In this document: piece by piece, positions 58,012-64,000 of the stretch | How the letters are laid out: each line of letters begins with the position of its first letter | How positions within the stretch are numbered: position 1 is the stretch's first letter | Origin: an uncultured Anaerolinea sp. | GTDB lineage: Bacteria; Chloroflexota; Anaerolineae; Anaerolineales; Anaerolineaceae | Length of the DNA stretch: 64,000 nucleotides | Direction: 5' to 3' | NCBI GenBank assembly: GCA_964474095.1 | Contig: CAYYRU010000004.1 | Span: 14,859-78,858 of the forward strand | The notes under the pieces: model-generated | Told to the model about the DNA's origin: nothing | The model's input: only the letters and a program-made list of their open reading frames with translations | Database searches by the model: none | Program-made: the position numbers and the translations under genes

Positions 58012-60795
58012 GTGACAAATTACGACGCGCTTCATAAATTGGGACAATCTCTCTGGTATGACAATATTCAAAGATCCTTGCTGGATAACGGTGAATTACG
58101 CGGCATGATCGACCGGGGAGAGATCAAAGGGGTTACTTCAAACCCAAGCATCTTTCACAACGCCATCGCCAAGTCAAAAGACTACGATTCGGCTTTGAAA
58201 CCGCTCGCCTGGGCTGGGCTTGACGCTGAAGAGATCTTCTGGGAACTGGCTGTCAAAGACATTCAAGATGCCGCTGATCTTTTCGTGCCGTTGTATCAAG
58301 AAACCGCCCATAAAGATGGCTATGTCAGCCTTGAAGTCAGCCCGTTTCTGGCCCGTGATTCAAAAGGAACCATCCGTGAAGCGCAGCGTCTTTGGCAAAA
58401 AGTAAACCGTCCCAACCTGATGATCAAGATCCCGGCGACCATAGAAGGTCTGCCAGCCATTCGTCAGGCCATCGCGGCCGGGATCAACGTGAATGTTACC
58501 CTGATCTTTTCCATTGAACGCTATCAGGCGGTCATGGAGGCTTTTCTGGAAGGGCTTGAAGATCGCGCCAAAAAGAACTTACCGCTTGAATCGATCGCTT
58601 CAGTGGCTTCGTTCTTCGTTTCACGCGTGGACACGAAAATTGACGGCTACCTGGCTGAACGTCAGAAAGCCGCCCAAATTAACGAAAAAGAATATAGCGC
58701 TTTGGCTGGTAAAGCCGCTGTCGCCAACGCGCGACTGGCTTATGAGGCTTACAAGGCCGTTTTCGAAAGTCCGCGTTTTACCCAGCTTCAAGCTAAAGGC
58801 GCGCAGGCGCAGCGTCCGCTGTGGGCTTCAACCAGCACCAAGAACCCCAATTACCGCGATGTGATCTACATCGAGGAGTTGATTGGCGAAAATACGGTTA
58901 ATACAGTGCCACCGGCCACCTTGAAAGCGTTTGGGGATCATGGCAAATCTGCATTGACCATCGAAAAGGATCTGAATGGCTGCAAAGAAAGCCTGGCAGC
59001 TCTTGAAAAGATCGGCATCTTTATGGCTACTGTTACCCAGGAGCTTGAGGACGAAGGCGTCAAAGCTTTTGCCGATGCCTTTACTGCCTTGTTGGCCAGT
59101 GTGGAAGATCGCCGCAGAGAACAAACCTCAGGTCTGGCAGATCTCTCCAAAGCGGTTCAGAAACGCCTTGAAAAATTGGATGAATCCAATTTCGTACAGG
59201 GTGTGTTTGATCATGAACCTGCTTTGTGGACCAAAGACCCCAAAGGTCAACAGGAGATCCGCATCCGCATGGATTGGACTTCCGCGCCATGGGACTCTGA
59301 ATCTCTCTTGCCTGAGCTAGAAACCTTGCTGGCGGAGTGCCATAAAGAGGGATTCACGCATGCTCTGTTGTTGGGTATGGGGGGGTCATCCTTAGCACCT
59401 GAGGTACTGCGTTTAATCAACGGTCAAACTGAATTCAAGGGTAAAATCGGCCTTGACCTGGGTGTGTTGGATTCAACCAATCCTGATGAAGTTCTGCTTG
59501 CCAGGCAAAAATACCCACTTAAAAAGACCTTGTACATCGTTGCCAGCAAATCAGGTACCACCGGCGAGATTAACGCCTTTTTCCAGTATTTCTGGAATGA
59601 GGTATCCAAGGAATTTGGTGACAAAGCCGGCAGGCACTTCCTCGCGATCACTGATCCGGGCACCAAACTGGATCAGCTGGCTCGGGAACGCGGATTCTGG
59701 AAGGTATTCAATGCCAACCCGCAGGTGGGAGGTAGAAATTCCGCGTTGACCGCCTTTGGGCTGGTACCAGCCGCTCTAGTTGGGATAGACGTAAGCGCTT
59801 TCCTCAAAAAAGCACAAACCATGGCTACGGCATGCAAACCTGGCCGCCCGATCCTTTCAAACCCGGGTGTGGTTCTGGGCACACTCATGGCTGAAGCAGC
59901 CCTAAAGAAATACAACAAGCTGACCGTTCTCACAGATGCTGAATGGAGTTCGTTTGGCAACTGGCTTGAACAACTGGTTGCTGAAAGCAGTGGTAAAGAA
60001 GGTCAGGGCATTGTCCCCATCGCCAACGAGCCGTTGATCGAAGTCTCAAAATACGGTCAGGATCGCTTGTTTGTCTATCTTGGAAAAACCGCTCAAACGG
60101 ATGCGACCTGTGCTGAGATCCGTAAAGCGGACCTGTCTTTGATCTCGCTGGATGTGGAATCTTCCCTGGATTTGGGCGCGCAGTTCTACTTGTGGGAATT
60201 TGCCACCGCGGTGGCCTGCTCGATTTTGGGTGTCAATTCATTTGACCAGCCAGATGTGCAGGACGCCAAAACCCGTACATTGGCGGGCATCGCAGACTTC
60301 AAGCAGTCCGGCAAGCTGGATTTTGGCACTCCCGTGTTGACACTCGCCGAAGGAGAGATCTACTCAAACCAGAAACTGGATTGGAAAAAGGTTACAACTT
60401 TGCGTGAAGCGGTGGATGCCTTCATTTCGAAGAACTGTCGCAAGGGCGATTACATTGCGATTAACGCCTTCCTGCCTCGTACACCTGAAATGGAAAAAGA
60501 CCTGCAGAAGCTGCGCAAGGAACTGCTTGAGAAGTACGGTGTAGCGGTCACCCTTGGTTTTGGTCCACGCTTCTTGCATTCCACCGGTCAGTTGCACAAG
60601 GGCGGCCCCAACATTGGCTTGTTTGTGGAATTGACCTCTGATCCTGAAAAAGATACTGAGATCCCTGGTGAGGGGCTCACCTTCGGCACCATGTCCATGG
60701 CTCAGGCATTGGGTGATTACCAGGCGTTGGAAGCCAAGGACAGGCGTCTGCTGCGCATCCGTTTACATCAACCATCCCTCAAGCACCTGTTGTAA
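58012..60795 (+). CDS. bifunctional transaldolase / glucose-6-phosphate isomerase fusion
   Basis: The N-terminal ~360 aa are transaldolase (GQSLWYDN, GVTSNPSIF, MIKIPAT). The C-terminal ~550 aa are PGI-like (IVASKSGTTGE, GGRNSALT). GTG start. Confidence 0.9.
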   Translation: MTNYDALHKLGQSLWYDNIQRSLLDNGELRGMIDRGEIKGVTSNPSIFHNAIAKSKDYDSALKPLAWAGLDAEEIFWELAVKDIQDAADLFVPLYQETAHKDGYVSLEVSPFLARDSKGTIREAQRLWQKVNRPNLMIKIPATIEGLPAIRQAIAAGINVNVTLIFSIERYQAVMEAFLEGLEDRAKKNLPLESIASVASFFVSRVDTKIDGYLAERQKAAQINEKEYSALAGKAAVANARLAYEAYKAVFESPRFTQLQAKGAQAQRPLWASTSTKNPNYRDVIYIEELIGENTVNTVPPATLKAFGDHGKSALTIEKDLNGCKESLAALEKIGIFMATVTQELEDEGVKAFADAFTALLASVEDRRREQTSGLADLSKAVQKRLEKLDESNFVQGVFDHEPALWTKDPKGQQEIRIRMDWTSAPWDSESLLPELETLLAECHKEGFTHALLLGMGGSSLAPEVLRLINGQTEFKGKIGLDLGVLDSTNPDEVLLARQKYPLKKTLYIVASKSGTTGEINAFFQYFWNEVSKEFGDKAGRHFLAITDPGTKLDQLARERGFWKVFNANPQVGGRNSALTAFGLVPAALVGIDVSAFLKKAQTMATACKPGRPILSNPGVVLGTLMAEAALKKYNKLTVLTDAEWSSFGNWLEQLVAESSGKEGQGIVPIANEPLIEVSKYGQDRLFVYLGKTAQTDATCAEIRKADLSLISLDVESSLDLGAQFYLWEFATAVACSILGVNSFDQPDVQDAKTRTLAGIADFKQSGKLDFGTPVLTLAEGEIYSNQKLDWKKVTTLREAVDAFISKNCRKGDYIAINAFLPRTPEMEKDLQKLRKELLEKYGVAVTLGFGPRFLHSTGQLHKGGPNIGLFVELTSDPEKDTEIPGEGLTFGTMSMAQALGDYQALEAKDRRLLRIRLHQPSLKHLL

Positions 60796-60806
60796 TGGAG
60801 TAACGC

Positions 60807-61151
60807 ATGCCAGATCGTTTGGATGATTTTGAAGCCTATCGCGAAAAGATGAACACCCGCATCCTCGAGATCGAGCATTTGGGGATCAAGCGTTTTTTCA
60901 ACCTGGACACGAAGGCTTATGAAGATGCCACCCTGGATTCAAAGACCAAGGAATTGCTTGGACTGGTGGCATCCATGGTATTGCGCTGCAACGACTGTAT
61001 AGACTATCACATCCTGACCTGTGTGAAAGCCGGATGGACGGATGAAGAACTTTATGACGCCTTTAACGTCGCTCTGGTGGTGGGCGGAAGTATTGTCATC
61101 CCACACTTGCGTCACGCGGTAGAGAGCCTGGATCTCTGTCGTCTAAAATAG
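60807..61151 (+). CDS. carboxymuconolactone decarboxylase (AhpD-like) family protein
   Basis: 114 aa with LRCNDCIDYH (CxxC) typical of the CMD/AhpD fold. Confidence 0.8.
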   Translation: MPDRLDDFEAYREKMNTRILEIEHLGIKRFFNLDTKAYEDATLDSKTKELLGLVASMVLRCNDCIDYHILTCVKAGWTDEELYDAFNVALVVGGSIVIPHLRHAVESLDLCRLK

Positions 61152-61159
61152 GAACAATA

Positions 61160-61193
61160 AAAATCTCGTTCAAATCTGGAGCGGGATTTTTTT
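61160..61193 (+). terminator. hairpin plus T-run after the AhpD-like gene
   Basis: AAAATCTCG / 13-nt loop / CGGGATTTT (one G-U pair) followed by T7. Confidence 0.45.
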
Positions 61194-62209
61194 CAGGTTC
61201 GCTTTGAAAAAAGCCGGTTGAGCCACCTGATGAGTGATGCCAGAAAGACGATTCCACAAAAACATTCAATGGGATGGGACAGCGCCCACAACAATCCCTG
61301 ACCGGTTTTACGTACCAGGGTGATACCTGCGGCCGGCCGCGCTGGCGGTACGATTGGGGTATCCCAGTTCAAATCGAGCAGGCGGTGCATGAAATTGTTT
61401 TCCACACAGCCTTCGAGGCTGAAGATGTAAAGGTGGTCCACCCTTTGAGCAGCCAACAGCAGGTCGCGTTTGAGGTCAATCCAACGCAGTGTTTTTAGGC
61501 CAGGCATACCTTCCAGCTCAACCCCGCCGCCAGTACTACCCACGCCCACGGCTTGCGCCTGTTGTACGTAACTCCATAAGATAGCATCGCTGTAATTGGG
61601 GAAGAAGCTGGAATACAACATTAAAACTTCGCGATCCGCCGATAGAGTAGTAAGCCCCAGCGTTTTGGCGAGTACATTGGATTTTGCTGCGCGTTCATCG
61701 ATCACAGTCGGGAACTGGTAAGTTTCAACCGCGTAACCATCCGCGCGCATTTTTTGAATTAATGTGTACGTAATCCCTTCATATTCCTGGTAGGCATCTC
61801 CAGAGAGCAGGCGGCGCAGCAGGTTTGGAGTTTGCGATAGCGGGGCACTGCCAAGCGCAGTGACAGTTTCAAGAGGCGGTTCAATATCCAACCCTATGGC
61901 GGCAAAATTGAGCTTGTTTTTGGCTGACCAGATTTTGAACTCCTGATAGCGCGAAGCGGTTTCCTTGATTGTGTCCAGGCTGGTCCAGTACCCTTGTTCT
62001 TTGGGCAGCAGGATCCAGGCAGTGACGGGGATGCCAGCGCGAATCAACTTTTTAACCACCTCGGCTCTTTTCGCTGAAAAATCGAGCAAACCCAGGCTGA
62101 GATTTGCCTTCATTTTTATGAGTGAAGTGATCACTTTACCATCCGCGAACAGGTGGGATAAGGCTTCTGGTTCCAATTCGCAGTAGAATGTCAGATTTGG
62201 ACGATTCAT
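61193..62209 (-). CDS. hypothetical protein with C-terminal TM anchor
   Basis: 338 aa, no motif recognised. Hydrophobic tail IECFCGIVFLASLIRWL. 2-nt gap from the GH51 gene. Confidence 0.5.
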   Translation of the reverse strand: MNRPNLTFYCELEPEALSHLFADGKVITSLIKMKANLSLGLLDFSAKRAEVVKKLIRAGIPVTAWILLPKEQGYWTSLDTIKETASRYQEFKIWSAKNKLNFAAIGLDIEPPLETVTALGSAPLSQTPNLLRRLLSGDAYQEYEGITYTLIQKMRADGYAVETYQFPTVIDERAAKSNVLAKTLGLTTLSADREVLMLYSSFFPNYSDAILWSYVQQAQAVGVGSTGGGVELEGMPGLKTLRWIDLKRDLLLAAQRVDHLYIFSLEGCVENNFMHRLLDLNWDTPIVPPARPAAGITLVRKTGQGLLWALSHPIECFCGIVFLASLIRWLNRLFSKRT

Positions 62210-62211
62210 AA

Positions 62212-63948
62212 TTATGCTTTGAACTCCAACATAACGATCGATGCAGGTTTTAGGGTGACCTGCCAGCCGCCGTTTTGCTTTTTCGGCTGGGGTCCTTCGA
62301 TAAGCTTGACCTTTTGTGGATGCCTAAATGTATTGGCGTCCAGTGGGTGAGGTGCCGAGATCTCAAGGGAACCGACAGGGTCGGACTTTAATGTGAATTT
62401 GGCAGCGAGTCGGCTCTCTGGATGACGGTTGACGAGGAGCAGGGTGATGCGTTTTTGATCCTCACTGGTGGTGATGAGGTGATCCAACCATGGAACGTTC
62501 TCATGAGCGGTAATATTATGATCTATGGCAACGCAGTCATAAAGTGGCGACTGACAGGTGCTTTGGACGACAGTTCTCTCCATTTCGTTGAAGAGGATGA
62601 ACGGATAGAAGATGGCCGTGGCAATGGCAGTATCGGCGTTGGTTTTGATCAACGGCAGCACGTTAACCAATTGTGCCAGGTTGGTCATACCGAGGGTTTG
62701 GTTTTTGCGATAAAACACCGCCAGGGTGGAGGCCACATAAAGGGCATCTCGCATGGTATAAGTGACCTGGTGCATGCTGGTCTCGCCAGGCAGGGGAGGC
62801 AGCCAGACATTCCATTCGTCCAGGGCTTGCAGTACCTTTTTCCGTGGTGAGAATTGGGTGATCTCTTTTTCAATACGCTCAGTGAATATCTCAATATCAA
62901 TAGGCGCAGCGCACACACACTTGAACAACTCATGTGCATTGGGCAGATTACCCCAGCCTTCTTTTTCAGGTTGATAGATATGCCAGGAGAGGTAATCGAT
63001 CTGGTCACCGGTTTTGGTGAGTACTTCCTTATTCCACATCGCAGCCGGGTCATCAGCGGAGTTCGTGAGCGGGTGATTGCCAACCGCCACCAGTTTGATA
63101 TTTGGATCCACCGCGCGCATGGCTTTGATAAATCGCAGCAGGCGGCTGGTGTATTCTTCGGCAGAGGTGGTGCCGATCTGCCAGGCACCCCAGACTTCAT
63201 TACCAATCCCCCAGTATTGAACATTGTAAGGCTCAGGGTGCCCGTTGGCAGCCCTTCGCTGACCTTGTTCACCGCTAGCGGGTTCATTGCAATAGGCTAC
63301 CCAACGGGCGGCTTCTTCAGGGGTGCCGGAGCCATCATTGACCACCAGCAGGGGCACAGTGCCGATCTGTTCGCAGAATGTCAAAAATTCATCCGTACCG
63401 ACCAGGTTGGATTCTTCAGCCTGCCAGGCGGCATCGTGGCGGTGCGGACGCTTGTCTTTGGGGCCTATTCCGTCTTCCCAATGGTAGCCGCTGGCAAAAT
63501 TGCCGCCCGGGTAACGGGTCAAAGGAGGGTTGAGCTGCTTGATCAGATCGAGGGTATCTTCTCTTAACATGCTGCCGTCAGAGCTCCAGATGCCGTCATA
63601 AACGCAGCGCTCGAGGTGTTCGACGAACTGACCAAGCAAGAAAGGCGATGCGGTGCCATTGGTCTTGGAGAGATCGAACTTGATCTGCGCTTCAAGCGGG
63701 GTTGAAAAGCGTGTCAACAGATAAGGTTTGATCTTCTTTTCTTTCTTTTTGGTCTTTTTCTCTGCCAGGGAGAAGAGGATTTCACCGACTTCTTTGGTCA
63801 TGGCTTTTACAACGATGCGATCAGTTAGTGGCTGGTTGTCAACATTGACTGAGATTTCAACTCCCACCGGGGTTAAGAGAGGGTTTTCAGAATTGATATG
63901 GCTGCCTTTTTGGGTTTCAGTATTCGCAGTGGAGAAGGAAATGCTCAC
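62212..63948 (-). CDS. GH51-type alpha-L-arabinofuranosidase, N-terminus possibly outside the window
   Basis: LLGQFVEHLERCVYDGIW, RYPGGNFASGYHWEDGIGP, WGIGNEVWG (acid/base Glu context). The frame stays open upstream of the GTG at 63948 to the window edge. Confidence 0.8.
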   Translation of the reverse strand: MSISFSTANTETQKGSHINSENPLLTPVGVEISVNVDNQPLTDRIVVKAMTKEVGEILFSLAEKKTKKKEKKIKPYLLTRFSTPLEAQIKFDLSKTNGTASPFLLGQFVEHLERCVYDGIWSSDGSMLREDTLDLIKQLNPPLTRYPGGNFASGYHWEDGIGPKDKRPHRHDAAWQAEESNLVGTDEFLTFCEQIGTVPLLVVNDGSGTPEEAARWVAYCNEPASGEQGQRRAANGHPEPYNVQYWGIGNEVWGAWQIGTTSAEEYTSRLLRFIKAMRAVDPNIKLVAVGNHPLTNSADDPAAMWNKEVLTKTGDQIDYLSWHIYQPEKEGWGNLPNAHELFKCVCAAPIDIEIFTERIEKEITQFSPRKKVLQALDEWNVWLPPLPGETSMHQVTYTMRDALYVASTLAVFYRKNQTLGMTNLAQLVNVLPLIKTNADTAIATAIFYPFILFNEMERTVVQSTCQSPLYDCVAIDHNITAHENVPWLDHLITTSEDQKRITLLLVNRHPESRLAAKFTLKSDPVGSLEISAPHPLDANTFRHPQKVKLIEGPQPKKQNGGWQVTLKPASIVMLEFKA

Positions 63949-64000
63949 TGGGGGGATGAGGGAACCATCATTCAGTAATTCGAATTTTTGGATGGTAGCC

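Noticed and set aside
62685-63567. 200-aa (minus) and 237-aa (plus) ORFs inside the GH51 gene
   Set aside because: These are shadow ORFs of a confidently identified gene. The amino-acid composition is low-complexity and Arg/Gly-rich, with no start context.
1-64000. Search for CRISPR arrays, tRNA/rRNA genes, IS elements and toxin-antitoxin pairs
   Set aside because: No direct-repeat/spacer periodicity, cloverleaf-like segments, transposase/integrase motifs or small paired ORFs were seen by eye. A computational scan (tRNAscan, Infernal, repeat finder) would be needed to exclude them formally.

Overview
Dense chromosomal segment of about 50% GC with roughly 60 protein-coding genes. I saw no rRNA, tRNA, CRISPR array, transposase or integrase. 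The gene content suggests a Chloroflexota/Anaerolineae-like organism, but this is inference only: a Tad/Flp pilus locus with no secretin, Pro/Thr-rich extracellular linkers, zinc-ribbon/LysM envelope proteins and many overlapping start/stop codons.

Most of the window is housekeeping:
- trxB, hemW, recJ, ruvX-mltG, Fe/Mn SOD, malQ, miaA, ftsH, efp, hpf, sucCD
- type-2 IPP isomerase plus polyprenyl synthase
- folB-folK plus a PTR1/FolM-like reductase
- csoR-copZ-copA
- tkt-rpiB-tal/pgi
- a GH51 arabinofuranosidase

The most unusual parts:
1. A tightly packed minus-strand nuclease/helicase operon (8130-16183). It encodes a DnaQ-type exonuclease, a diverged UvrD/AddB-like protein, an intact UvrD/AddA-like helicase with no nuclease domain, a stand-alone Cas4/AddB-type Fe-S PD-(D/E)XK nuclease, and RecJ. 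It reads like an AddAB-type machine split into three polypeptides and bracketed by exonucleases of both polarities.
2. A minimal Tad/Flp locus (37851-44201) with two anciently duplicated Flp pilin genes, a TadZ/CpaE carrying an intact phospho-receiver, and comF immediately downstream.
3. A two-gene module (44486-46086) with its own promoter and terminator: a helical protein plus a YdjI-type SPFH protein ending in an excisionase-type HTH.
4. An MTA/SAH-deaminase-like amidohydrolase fused to a degenerate CYTH (class IV adenylate cyclase-like) domain.
5. A membrane-anchored baseplate-J-like protein translationally coupled to ruvX-mltG.

All functional calls come from reading motifs in the supplied translations. 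No database search was run.
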